From NCBI GenBank assembly GCA_944390405.1, contig CALXPS010000005.1:1-59846 (forward strand): DNA of 59,846 nt. Reading direction: 5' to 3'. Positions 41,530 through 51,136 of the stretch are shown here, one piece after another (the first letter of the stretch is position 1; the number at the start of each line of letters is the position of its first letter). Under the pieces are notes generated by a model. It was not told the origin of the DNA. It searched no databases and saw only the letters and a program-made list of their open reading frames with translations. Origin of the DNA: an uncultured Clostridia bacterium (lineage in GTDB: Bacteria > Bacillota > Clostridia > TANB77 > CAG-508). A program made the translations under genes and the position numbers.

Positions 41530-41964
41530 ATGGAAAGAAATAATATGATAAGTAAAATAGAAGAAAAAGATTTAACACAATTTCAAGAAATATTGAAGAG
41601 TGTTTTTAATAACAATATAAGCTATGAAAAAATGCAAAATTTATATAAAATGTCTAAAGATAATAAAGATATACATGTATTAGGATATTATATAAATGAT
41701 AATTTAGTAGGAACAGTAACATTAAATATTTTGACATTACCGTCAGGTAAAGAGGCAACCATATGGGATTTAGCAATAAAAGAAGAATATAGCAGATTAG
41801 GTATAGCAACAAAATTAATGACTAGAGCAGAAGAAATAGCTAAAAAAGAAGATATAACAAGAATATGGCTATTTAGTGGTTTTCATAGGAAATGTGCACA
41901 TGAATTATATAGAAAACTAGGATATGATGAAAATAGAGACAAAGCATTTGTAAAACAAATATAG
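41530..41964 (+). CDS. GNAT-family N-acetyltransferase
   Basis: IWDLAIKEEYSRLGIATKLM motif A region. 144 aa. Confidence 0.8.
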   Translation: MERNNMISKIEEKDLTQFQEILKSVFNNNISYEKMQNLYKMSKDNKDIHVLGYYINDNLVGTVTLNILTLPSGKEATIWDLAIKEEYSRLGIATKLMTRAEEIAKKEDITRIWLFSGFHRKCAHELYRKLGYDENRDKAFVKQI

Positions 41965-41991
41965 ATTTTTTAATAGTTAGGAGGATAAAAG

Positions 41992-42555
41992 TTGAAAATA
42001 GGAATTGATATAGATGATACAATGGCAGATACTTTTGATTATTTAATACCATATATAGCAGAATTTTTTGACATAGATATAAATTATTTAAAAGATAATA
42101 ATATTTCATATAGTAATTTACCAGAAGAAATGAAAAAAAGAGAACTTGAATTTGCAAAAAAATATTATGATAAAGTTATTCCTAACACACCTTTTAAACC
42201 TAAAGTTGCGGAATATATTAATAAGATTAAAGAGTTAGGACATGAAATAATAGTTATTACAGCAAGAGATAAAACATTATATACAGATGAATATAAAACT
42301 ACTATTGAAGAATTGAATAACAATAAAATTAACTATGATAAATTGATTTGTGATTTTGATAAAGCGAAAGTTTGCAAAATTGAGAAAATAGATTTATTTA
42401 TAGATGATTCTATAGCAAATTGTAGTAAAGTTAATGAATTAGGAATTGAAACCATAGTATTTAATAGTAAAAGTAATATAAAAGATAAAACGAATTTATA
42501 TAGAGTTGATAATTGGGAAGAGATATATGAAAAAATAAAGAAAGGCAGTTATTGA
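41992..42555 (+). CDS. HAD-superfamily 5'(3')-deoxyribonucleotidase-like hydrolase
   Basis: DIDDT motif I (MKIGIDIDDTMAD), ITAR and a late FIDDS motif. TTG start after AGGAGG. Confidence 0.6.
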   Translation: MKIGIDIDDTMADTFDYLIPYIAEFFDIDINYLKDNNISYSNLPEEMKKRELEFAKKYYDKVIPNTPFKPKVAEYINKIKELGHEIIVITARDKTLYTDEYKTTIEELNNNKINYDKLICDFDKAKVCKIEKIDLFIDDSIANCSKVNELGIETIVFNSKSNIKDKTNLYRVDNWEEIYEKIKKGSY

Positions 42556-42708
42556 AATAATAGCTACTAAAATATAAATCATTTAAATTATGATGAAATA
42601 TTTAAAGAGAAAATTACAGGAAGCAATAGAACAATTTGACCCAATAAGCACTGAAAATATAATAAATGAAGCAATAAAAAATATAGATAAAGAAATACAT
42701 CATTAAAA

Positions 42709-42816
42709 GATACAGTAAATGTTTTATTAGAAAATAATATAATAGTAGAAATAACGGGGTATAGTCGAAATCAAGTTTTTGTTTTTCAAAAATATATAGA
42801 TTTATTTTTTAAATAA
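42709..42816 (+). pseudogene. C-terminal remnant of a Fic-family protein
   Basis: DTVNVLLENNIIVEITGYSRNQVFVFQKYIDLFFK* matches the winged-helix tail of Fic/DOC proteins (...ITGxxRNRxFxY.EY...). No upstream Fic core is present. Confidence 0.45.
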
Positions 42817-43026
42817 AATTCATAAGACGAAAAAATAAAAAAATTCATCCTATAAATTATTTTGGGTCAAAAAAATTAAAAAATTTGACTTATAGACGAG
42901 AAAATATACAAACAAGTAAAAGAGAACATCATAAAGGAATATAAACTAGAAAAATGCGAGATTGATTTTGATTTTTAAATAGTGTATAATCTTTGGCAGG
43001 GTTCTCTCTAACAGAATGGAGGATTA

Positions 43027-43335
43027 ATGGAAGTTCAAGTTATAGAGAAAGTGCAAGGAAGAATAGATAGAACTACAGGACTACAAATAAATAGAAAACT
43101 AAAAGTAGCAGCATATGCAAGAGTAAGCACAGATTCAGAAGACCAATTAAACAGTTTTGAATCACAAGTAAAATACTACAATGAAAAAATATCAAAAAAT
43201 ATAGAATGGTCTTTTGTAGAAGTATATGTACTAGATACTCTAAAATATGTAAGAATGTTAAAACAGAAAAATGTAGCAATTCTATTTGAAGAAGAAAATA
43301 TTCTAGATGTAAAGTATAGGGTATCGGTAAAGTAA
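43027..43335 (+). pseudogene. internally deleted and truncated large serine recombinase remnant
   Basis: KVAAYARVSTDSEDQLNSFESQVKYYNEKISKNIEWSFVEVY is the catalytic N-terminus. It jumps straight to LDTLKYVRMLKQKNVAILFEEENI (the normally distal resolvase segment) and stops at 102 aa. Confidence 0.7.
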
Positions 43336-43499
43336 ATTAAAACAAATATTTAAATTAGATGAAATATATTTGTAATTCTTGGTTATTAATTAATCAAATT
43401 ATAATATACTTGATAAAAATTCAAATATTTCACTTTTCATAATTTCTAATCATTTAAGATAATTACTAGTTATTAAATTATAGGAGGATAGCATAAGTA

Positions 43500-44579
43500 A
43501 TGAGAAAAACTATTATGGAAGTAGATACTGAGATTTTTAATAGAAACATTGATTTAATAAAAGAGTATGTTGGCAATAAGAATATAATGCCAGTTATTAA
43601 AGCAAATGCTTATGGTACATATATAAATAAGAGAATTGATATAATAAATAAATTTGATATAGTTGCAGTAGCTCTTGTAGACGAAGCGGTTGAACTTAGA
43701 AAATTAGGTTACAAAAAAAATATATTTGTATTAAATCAACCTTCTATTGATGAGATACAGGAAATAATAAAATATAATATTACTATTGGATTAAGTTCTG
43801 AAGAATTTTTAAATAAAATATTAAATATTAATAAAGAGATAAATGTTCACTTAGAAATAGAAACAGGAATGAATAGAACAGGAATACAATTAGGAAAATT
43901 AAAATACTTTATTAAAAAAATAAAACAAGCACCTAATATAAAAGTAGAAGGTGTTTATACACATTTATCATCAGCTGACTATGATGTGAATTATACAAAC
44001 TATCAATTAAATACATTTAAAGAAGCTGTAAAAATTGTAAAAGAAAGTTTTGATAACATTATTTATATTCATTCTTCAGCCTCAAATGGATTATTGAATT
44101 ATAGAGATGAAATTTCTAATTTAGTAAGACCTGGAATAATAATATATGGATATGAGTCTTTTGAAAATATGAAAGCAAAAATTAATGTTGAACCTATTTG
44201 CAAGTTAAAAACAAATATTATATTTATAAAAGAAATAAAAAAAGGTGAGGCTATAGGATATTCGAAAAAATTTATAAGTAAAGAAAAAATGAAAATAGCA
44301 ACTATTCCAATTGGATATGCAGATGGATTTCGAAGATGTTTATCAAATATTGGAGAAGTAGTAATTAGAGGAAAAAGAGCCAAGATTATAGGTAATATTT
44401 GTATGGATAGCTGTATGATAGATGTAACTAATATTAAAAACGCGAAGGTTGGTGATGAAGTATATATTTGGGACAATAAAAGTATTACAGTTGATGAAAT
44501 TGCTAAAAAATGTAATACAATAAATTATGAAATAATAAGCACAATATCAGATAGAGTACCTAGAGTTTTTATTAAATAA
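43500..44579 (+). CDS. alr: alanine racemase
   Basis: PVIKANAYG (PLP Lys), TGMNRTG, YGY and CMDSCMIDVT motifs. 359 aa. Confidence 0.9.
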   Translation: MRKTIMEVDTEIFNRNIDLIKEYVGNKNIMPVIKANAYGTYINKRIDIINKFDIVAVALVDEAVELRKLGYKKNIFVLNQPSIDEIQEIIKYNITIGLSSEEFLNKILNINKEINVHLEIETGMNRTGIQLGKLKYFIKKIKQAPNIKVEGVYTHLSSADYDVNYTNYQLNTFKEAVKIVKESFDNIIYIHSSASNGLLNYRDEISNLVRPGIIIYGYESFENMKAKINVEPICKLKTNIIFIKEIKKGEAIGYSKKFISKEKMKIATIPIGYADGFRRCLSNIGEVVIRGKRAKIIGNICMDSCMIDVTNIKNAKVGDEVYIWDNKSITVDEIAKKCNTINYEIISTISDRVPRVFIK

Positions 44580-44681
44580 ATTTATAAAAATAACTAATAA
44601 AGAATATATTAATGTTATACAATTAATTGAATAAAAAAACAAATTTTTAAACCAATTAAAAATAGGAGGAATGAAAAATGA

Positions 44682-44915
44682 TTTAACTGTACATCACACT
44701 GCCCAATGGGATTAGACATTCCAAAACTATTATCTTTATATAATGAACATAAATTTACAGGAGGAGGATTTATTGCACCAATGGCAATATCAGCACTTCC
44801 TGAAGATAAAAGACCAAGTGCTTGTATAGGATGTAGAAGTTGTGAAGCGGTTTGTCCTCAACAACTAAAAATATCTGAAGCAATGGCAGAGTTTACAGAA
44901 CTATTAAATCAGTAA
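44682..44915 (+). pseudogene. C-terminal remnant of an Fe-S-containing aldo/keto reductase
   Basis: FNCTSHCPMGLDIPKLLSLYNE...CIGCRSCEAVCPQQLKISEAM matches the ferredoxin-like tail of that family. The roughly 300-aa AKR barrel is missing. Confidence 0.55.
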
Positions 44916-44966
44916 TTATAGTTCAATAGAAATACATAAATATTAAAATATAAAGGGGAAAAAATA

Positions 44967-45557
44967 ATGGGAAAGAAAAAAATTATTACTATTGTTTGTA
45001 TTATAATTATTATTTTAGTAATTGGAGTGTATTTTGCAGTTGATTATTTTTTAGATAAGGATTTAGAAAAACAAGAACAAGAACTTCAAGAAACAATAGA
45101 TGAATATGGAACAGTAAATGAAGAAAATGTTGTTACTTTAGTTGCAAAATTTAATACGGAAGTTATGGATAATGGTTTAGAATATCCAGCCAGTGATGAC
45201 TATTTTACTGTTGAGAACGATGTATACTGGTATGCTTTATATGAAGATATATATTTATATATTGAACCTTTACAATATTCTGGAGATACAGAGAAAGATA
45301 TTGTAGACATGACAGCAATTAATTTCCCAAAAGATTCAGAAAACCAAGATATGGCACTACAATTTGCGAAACACTTAATTAAAGCTAACAATAACGAGTT
45401 AACTGACACAGAAATTGATGAATTAATTGAAGAAGCAAAAAAAGCATCTAAAGATAAAAAGGTTGCTAATAATGGAAAAGGAATTACAGTTGCTCTAGCA
45501 GAGAATGAAACAACTTATGAATATCAAATTGTTAGATTATATGCTGAAACAGAATAA
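44967..45557 (+). CDS. membrane-anchored hypothetical protein
   Basis: N-terminal TM anchor (IITIVCIIIIILVIGVYFAV), acidic ectodomain. GGGG RBS upstream. Confidence 0.5.
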   Translation: MGKKKIITIVCIIIIILVIGVYFAVDYFLDKDLEKQEQELQETIDEYGTVNEENVVTLVAKFNTEVMDNGLEYPASDDYFTVENDVYWYALYEDIYLYIEPLQYSGDTEKDIVDMTAINFPKDSENQDMALQFAKHLIKANNNELTDTEIDELIEEAKKASKDKKVANNGKGITVALAENETTYEYQIVRLYAETE

Positions 45558-45589
45558 TGGATTTGATTAATAAAGGAGCTAAAAAATTT

Positions 45590-45814
45590 ATGAAAACGGT
45601 ATACTTTGATTGTTCTAGCGGAATTAGTGGAAATATGACACTAGGAGCATTAATTGAAATAGTAGGAAACGAAAACTATTTAATAAACGAGTTGAAAAAA
45701 GTAAATAACAATGGAGAAAAATATGTTTATCCAGAATATGAAAGCATGAAAGAATTAGCCGAAAAACATAATATACCTTTAAAAGAGTTATACAAACTAG
45801 ATGAGTTAAAATAA
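45590..45814 (+). pseudogene. internally deleted LarC (nickel-pincer cofactor insertion protein) remnant
   Basis: MKTVYFDCSSGISGNMTLGALIEIVG is the LarC N-terminus. It is fused to ...KYVYPEYESMKELAEKHNIPLKELYK, the LarC C-terminus. About 330 central residues are absent. Confidence 0.6.
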
Positions 45815-45981
45815 TTCAAATTAAGGGAATAATAGGACAGCAACTGTAAATATAGATAATGGATATAATGCAGGTTACATTAGATTTATTCAGACTAAAG
45901 AATGGAAGTTTTGATATGTAAAGTCTTGATTAGCTAATAGGTTTATGATATATTAAGTAATATTAAAAGGAGGGTTATATA

Positions 45982-46422
45982 ATGTTAAAGGAAAGACTAT
46001 TAAATGATTTAAAAGAATCTATGAAAAACAAGAATTTAATAAGAAAAAATACAATTCAAATGATAAGAGCAGCTATTTTACAAGTAGAAAAAGATAAACA
46101 AATAGAATTAACAGAAGAACAAGTTATAGAAATAATTGCGAAAGAAACCAAAAAAAGAAAAAATGCACAAATAGAATTCGAAAAAAGTGGTAGAGAAGAC
46201 TTAATTAATCAAAATAATGAAGAAATAGCAATTTTATCAGAATACTTACCAAAACAATTATCAGAAGAAGAAATAGAAATTATTGTCAAAAAGGTAATTG
46301 AAGAAACAGGAGCAACAACAATGAAAGACATGGGAATAGTTATGAAAAAATCAAAGGAGCAAATAGGTGCTACTGCAGATGGAAAAACAGTAAGTGAAAT
46401 AGTAAAAAAATTGTTAACTTAA
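45982..46422 (+). CDS. GatB/YqeY domain protein
   Basis: MLKERLLNDLKESMKNKN...IRAAILQVEKD...YLPKQLSEEEI...ATTMKDMGIVMK. Confidence 0.88.
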   Translation: MLKERLLNDLKESMKNKNLIRKNTIQMIRAAILQVEKDKQIELTEEQVIEIIAKETKKRKNAQIEFEKSGREDLINQNNEEIAILSEYLPKQLSEEEIEIIVKKVIEETGATTMKDMGIVMKKSKEQIGATADGKTVSEIVKKLLT

Positions 46423-46524
46423 TAGTAATTTTAAACACAGGTATATTATTGTAAATTTTTTACAATATACCTTGATAAAAGAAATATTATATGTTAAAAT
46501 CGTTATCAGTAGGAGGTATAGGAT

Positions 46525-47190
46525 ATGAAAAAATTATTAAAAATGATGTTATTAGCAATTATGCTATGTGCAGTAACATTTACAATTACTGGATGTGGAA
46601 ATGACGAGGACACACAAAATCAAGAACAACAAGAAAATGTACAAGAAAATGAACAAAACAATGAAGAATCAAACAATGATAACTTTTCAAGAGGAGAATG
46701 GACTGATGATCAATACAACAATGAGTTTGCAAAAATTACATTTAATTTACCAGAAGGTTGGGTAAAAGCTACAGATGAACAAATTGCCGAAATGATGAAT
46801 ATAGGAACAGAAATGCTAAATGAAGACCAACAACAATTAGCAGAACTTTCAGAACAAACCATAGTCTATGGAATGGCAGCAAATAATCCAAATGATAATT
46901 CTAATATATCAGTTACATTAGAAAAACCAATATTAACTGTAACACCAGAATATTATTTAACAAGCGTAAAACAACAATTAGAAGCATTATCAAGTATGGA
47001 TTACACAGTAGGAGAGCAATATGATGTTGAAATAGGCGGAGAAAGTTATCTTGCAGTAGATGCAGAAGTAGAAGGATACGGAGTATGTCAATCTTATTTT
47101 GTAAAAGCAGAAGGAGATTATATAGTAGGTATTATCATAACAGCATTTAATAGAGATCAAGTAAATGAAATATTAACTCACTTTGAATAA
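46525..47190 (+). CDS. lipoprotein of unknown function
   Basis: Signal peptide with lipobox FTITGC, then a Gln/Asn/Glu-rich linker. Confidence 0.6.
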   Translation: MKKLLKMMLLAIMLCAVTFTITGCGNDEDTQNQEQQENVQENEQNNEESNNDNFSRGEWTDDQYNNEFAKITFNLPEGWVKATDEQIAEMMNIGTEMLNEDQQQLAELSEQTIVYGMAANNPNDNSNISVTLEKPILTVTPEYYLTSVKQQLEALSSMDYTVGEQYDVEIGGESYLAVDAEVEGYGVCQSYFVKAEGDYIVGIIITAFNRDQVNEILTHFE

Positions 47191-47315
47191 TATAAGTAAA
47201 TAGAAAAATAGCATTATAAACGATGCTATTTTTTCTACAAATAATAATACTAATACATATCTAGTCAATCAACCTAGAAAAAATACAGAAAATGAGGTAA
47301 GAATAAAATAATAAA

Positions 47316-48035
47316 ATGAGTAGAAAAAACAAAGTTAAAATATTTAAAATAATTTTATTAATAATAGTGGTAATTTTACTACTTGGACTAACTATATATT
47401 TGGTACCTTTTATGAAAAATCTATCTACATTAGAAGGACAAATAGCATTTAAGGAAAAAATAAGTGACTTAGGAGTATTAGGAATACTATTACTATTTAG
47501 TGTACAATTAGCACAAATATTTTTAATAGTATTACCTGGCGAACCAATGGAAATATTAGCAGGTATGTGCTATGGCAGTATAGGAGGACTAATATTTATA
47601 ACAATATCTGTAGCTATAATTACATCTTTAATATTCTTTTTAGTAAGAAAAATTGGAAAAAAATTTGTATATGATTTTTGGGATGAGGAAAAAATTAAAA
47701 AAATAGAGCATAATAAATTGTTTCAAAATCCTAAAAAAATAGAAATAATAATGTTAATACTATTCATGCTACCAGGAACGCCAAAAGATTTACTAGTATA
47801 TATAGCAGGTCTTTTACCATTAAAACCTTTGAGATTTATATTAATTTCTACATTTGCAAGATTTCCATCAGTAATATCATCAACAATAGCGGGTGCAAAT
47901 CTGGCACAAGGGAATTGGAAAATGAGCCTAATAGTTTATGCAATTACTTTTGTAATAATAGGAATAATAATAGTTATAATAAATAAATTCGACAAACATA
48001 AAATTACAGAGGAAGCAATAAGAAGTATAAAATAA
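47316..48035 (+). CDS. TVP38/TMEM64 (DedA-related) family membrane protein
   Basis: VLPGEPMEILAGMCYG and LPGTPKDLLVYIAGL motifs, 5-6 TM helices. Confidence 0.8.
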   Translation: MSRKNKVKIFKIILLIIVVILLLGLTIYLVPFMKNLSTLEGQIAFKEKISDLGVLGILLLFSVQLAQIFLIVLPGEPMEILAGMCYGSIGGLIFITISVAIITSLIFFLVRKIGKKFVYDFWDEEKIKKIEHNKLFQNPKKIEIIMLILFMLPGTPKDLLVYIAGLLPLKPLRFILISTFARFPSVISSTIAGANLAQGNWKMSLIVYAITFVIIGIIIVIINKFDKHKITEEAIRSIK

Positions 48036-48069
48036 TATACAAAATTTACAAAAAAATGAATAAAAAGTA

Positions 48070-48098
48070 TTGAATTTTAAAAAAATATATTGTATAAT
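48070..48098 (+). promoter_or_regulatory. sigma-A type promoter driving 5S rRNA and tRNA-Asn
   Basis: TTGAAT 48070-48075, a 17-nt spacer, TGtTATAAT (TATAAT 48093-48098). The predicted start falls at about the mature 5S 5' end. Confidence 0.55.
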
Positions 48099-48104
48099 AT
48101 CAAA

Positions 48105-48221
<117 letters not shown>

Positions 48222-48226
48222 TATAT

Positions 48227-48302
48227 TCCCCAATAGCTCAGTCGGTAGAGCGCTCGGCTGTTAACCGATAGGTCGTTGGTTCAAGTCCAACTTGGGGAGC
48301 CA
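48227..48302 (+). tRNA. tRNA-Asn (anticodon GTT)
   Basis: TCCCCAATAGCTCAGTCGGTAGAGCGCTCGGCTGTTAACCGATAGGTCGTTGGTTCAAGTCCAACTTGGGGAGCCA forms a cloverleaf with an encoded CCA. Confidence 0.92.
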
Positions 48303-48303
48303 A

Positions 48304-48335
48304 AATAACAGATAAAAAATTATCTGTTATTTTTT
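48304..48335 (+). terminator. intrinsic terminator after tRNA-Asn
   Basis: AATAACAGATA-loop-TATCTGTTATT followed by a T-run. Confidence 0.8.
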
Positions 48336-48390
48336 CTATATAGAAGAATATTTTTCTAAGAATAAAAATTGAATAAGAAAAATTTAATAA

Positions 48391-48455
48391 ATATGTTCTT
48401 GTGGAAAAACATATAATTCCTGTTTTTGACTACAAAGTGGTATCAATTTTTAGAG
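48391..48455. repeat. half copy (right arm) of repeat family B
   Basis: atatgttcttgtggaaaaacatataattcctgtttttgactacaaagtggtatcaatttttagag matches the right half of 9824-9980 and 31044-31202. Confidence 0.65.
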
Positions 48456-48491
48456 TGAAAGCCAATTTTTCAGTATTTTTTTCCATAAGAC

Positions 48492-48520
48492 TTGACAAAT
48501 TTGTAAAATCCTAGTATACT
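48492..48520 (+). promoter_or_regulatory. sigma-A type promoter for rpmF
   Basis: TTGACA 48492-48497, a 17-nt spacer, TATACT 48515-48520. Confidence 0.5.
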
Positions 48521-48586
48521 AGTTTAGTAGCTAATAATTAAAAATATATAGATATAATTAGATTTACTGATAGAGGAGGGAATTTT

Positions 48587-48769
48587 ATGGCACAACCAAA
48601 AAGAAGATGGTCAAAAGAAAGAACAAGAACAAAAAGATCAACATGGAAACTAGAAGAACCAAATATAGCAAGATGTAAACATTGTAATGAACCAATAATG
48701 CCACATAGAGTTTGTTCAAATTGTGGATATTATGATGGTAAAGAAGTAATAAAAAAAGATGCCGAATAG
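48587..48769 (+). CDS. rpmF: 50S ribosomal protein bL32
   Basis: MAQPKRRWSKERTRTKRS...CKHCNEPIMPHRVCSNCGYY, zinc-ribbon type. Confidence 0.93.
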   Translation: MAQPKRRWSKERTRTKRSTWKLEEPNIARCKHCNEPIMPHRVCSNCGYYDGKEVIKKDAE

Positions 48770-48841
48770 GGCATTTTTTTTGTTGAAAAAATATGCTATT
48801 TATGATATACTTACGAAAACATAAAAAAGAGGGTAGATAAT

Positions 48842-51052
48842 TTGGAAACTAATGAAAATTTAACAGAGAAACTTAAATTTATAGGATTAGATTTAGAAAA
48901 CATACCTGACAAATTAAACTTTTTTCAAAATATAAATTTTAGAATTCATAAAAATTATAATGAAAAAAATTACAAAGTATATAGGTATGTAAATGTAAAT
49001 GATATAGAAATATTTTTAACACCTACACATAGATTAACAGACTACACGGAAAAATACGCAAAAGCTTTACCTATAGGTGCTTATCTAAGTACAGATACAG
49101 ACCAAGATATAGAAAGAAATATTGAATTTTTAAAAATGATGAAATCTCTTCAAATAGAAGAAATAAATAATTTAGAAGAGCAACAATTACAATTAAATAA
49201 AAATATACCATATGATATCAAATTTTTTAAAGACTATTTATGGCAAATTTATTATTCAGAAGAATCAAAAAAATATTTTATGCTAATGCCAATTAAAGAA
49301 TCAGAATGTACAGCATTATTCTATATAATAAAAAAACAATTAGAAAATAAAAATCAAAATATATATGTACCAATATGTTATGCAAATTATAGTAATAAAT
49401 ATTTAAATTCTGATGAGATTAGTGAAATAGAAAAATATTTATGTTTCTTTACAAAAGATTGGCCTTTAATATATGAAGTTTATGATAAAGATGACAATAT
49501 GAGTATTGTTATAGTAGGTAAAACAACTATATATGACACAGTTAAAAGTGAATATAAGATAGAGCTAAACGAACAAGGAATAGCAGAAGATTATTATAAA
49601 TTGCTAAAAGCATTATTCATATTAGAAACGCAATTATCACATTATTATAAATTTGATTTAAAACTTGATAGAAAGGGAAATATCCATTTTTATTTTGATA
49701 AAAAAGAAATTAATTATAAAGAACTAATACCATTTATAAAAAATGAATATGTAAAAGGATTAGAAAAGATAATAAAAACAAAAGAAACAAAGATTAATTT
49801 AGAAAAAAATCTTAAAACGTTAAAAACTCTTTCTAAAGAACTTGATAAAGAATACTTTGAGAAAGAAAAGCAAATTTCTACTTTTTTAGAATGTAAAAAA
49901 ACTTTTTTTGGTAGGGTAAAATATTTTCTAAAATACAAGAAAACTTCGTTACAACCTAAAAAGGGAAAACCAATAGAAAAAGAAGAAATTGGCAAATTAA
50001 AATATTGTGAAAGAGCTGAAATAAAGGAAGTATATACACTTGAAGAACTATTAACATTATATACAAATTTAACACAAGAAACTAATGCTATTAAAGATTT
50101 AGAATTAGACATAGAAGCAATAAACAAAAGGATTGATATATTAAAAACAAAGATAAAAAATGCAACACAATATATAAAAGAAATAGATAAACATAAAAAA
50201 AGTATTTTCGAATTCTGGCGATTCACAAAAAAAGATGAAGCAAAACAGCTGAACGAAGGTACAGTAGAGGCTCCTAAAGGTAAGAAAATAAAAAAAGTAT
50301 TTAACTATGAATTGGATTTTGAAAATCTTTCAAAGCAATTAGACAGAGCTCAAAGAGAAATTTTTTCAAAAGATGAAACAGATAACATATTTATTGCAAC
50401 AACAGATATTTTAGAAGATATAAATGCCACAATAAACAATAATCCGATACCATTGGAACATCTTGACGAATTAAAGAAAGAAATGAAAAACACTGGTAAA
50501 ATAGTAACATTTGATATATTTGGAAGTATTTCATCATCAAGAGAGCAAATAAAAACTTTAGGAAATATAAATCATAGGGAAAATGAAAAAAATAAATTTG
50601 CTATTTTAAACATAAAAGATAATACTACAATAGAAGAATATTCTGAGATATTGAAGCATATATATCAGAATATAAATGAATGTATGGATAAATTTAATAA
50701 CCCTTTGGAAATTCCAATTTATAAAACAGGAGAACTAACAGAAGGACTAAATGTGTTCTATATAAATCCAGAAAATGCTTTAAAACAAGCCTCTACAAAA
50801 GAAACTAATTTATATAAAATAGTATTAAAAGAAAATAGTAAATGTTTGGCTTTTACCAATATAATGTACTATAACAATACAAATCAAACATTACCTTTAG
50901 GTATGCATGTTACAGATGGCATACTTATAAATACAAAAAATCTTGAGCTAAAATTAAAAGGGAAAAATCAAAATTATCTTATAAAAGCCAATGAAGATAT
51001 GCCTAAGCCAGAAACATTAAAACTAAATATTTATGAATACGAAATATGCTAA
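48842..51052 (+). CDS. 736-aa hypothetical protein with a central coiled-coil region; no recognisable family
   Basis: Long uninterrupted ORF (TTG start after GAGGGTAG). Lys/Glu/Asn-rich. Heptad-like stretch at about aa 300-470. No TM helices and no catalytic motif that I recognise. Confidence 0.6.
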   Translation: METNENLTEKLKFIGLDLENIPDKLNFFQNINFRIHKNYNEKNYKVYRYVNVNDIEIFLTPTHRLTDYTEKYAKALPIGAYLSTDTDQDIERNIEFLKMMKSLQIEEINNLEEQQLQLNKNIPYDIKFFKDYLWQIYYSEESKKYFMLMPIKESECTALFYIIKKQLENKNQNIYVPICYANYSNKYLNSDEISEIEKYLCFFTKDWPLIYEVYDKDDNMSIVIVGKTTIYDTVKSEYKIELNEQGIAEDYYKLLKALFILETQLSHYYKFDLKLDRKGNIHFYFDKKEINYKELIPFIKNEYVKGLEKIIKTKETKINLEKNLKTLKTLSKELDKEYFEKEKQISTFLECKKTFFGRVKYFLKYKKTSLQPKKGKPIEKEEIGKLKYCERAEIKEVYTLEELLTLYTNLTQETNAIKDLELDIEAINKRIDILKTKIKNATQYIKEIDKHKKSIFEFWRFTKKDEAKQLNEGTVEAPKGKKIKKVFNYELDFENLSKQLDRAQREIFSKDETDNIFIATTDILEDINATINNNPIPLEHLDELKKEMKNTGKIVTFDIFGSISSSREQIKTLGNINHRENEKNKFAILNIKDNTTIEEYSEILKHIYQNINECMDKFNNPLEIPIYKTGELTEGLNVFYINPENALKQASTKETNLYKIVLKENSKCLAFTNIMYYNNTNQTLPLGMHVTDGILINTKNLELKLKGKNQNYLIKANEDMPKPETLKLNIYEYEIC

Positions 51053-51136
51053 AAGCAGATAAAGCTTTTAGCATATTTTTTTATTTTAAGAATATAAATT
51101 AAATAAGACGAGTTTATAAAAAAGGAGTTTTAATAT

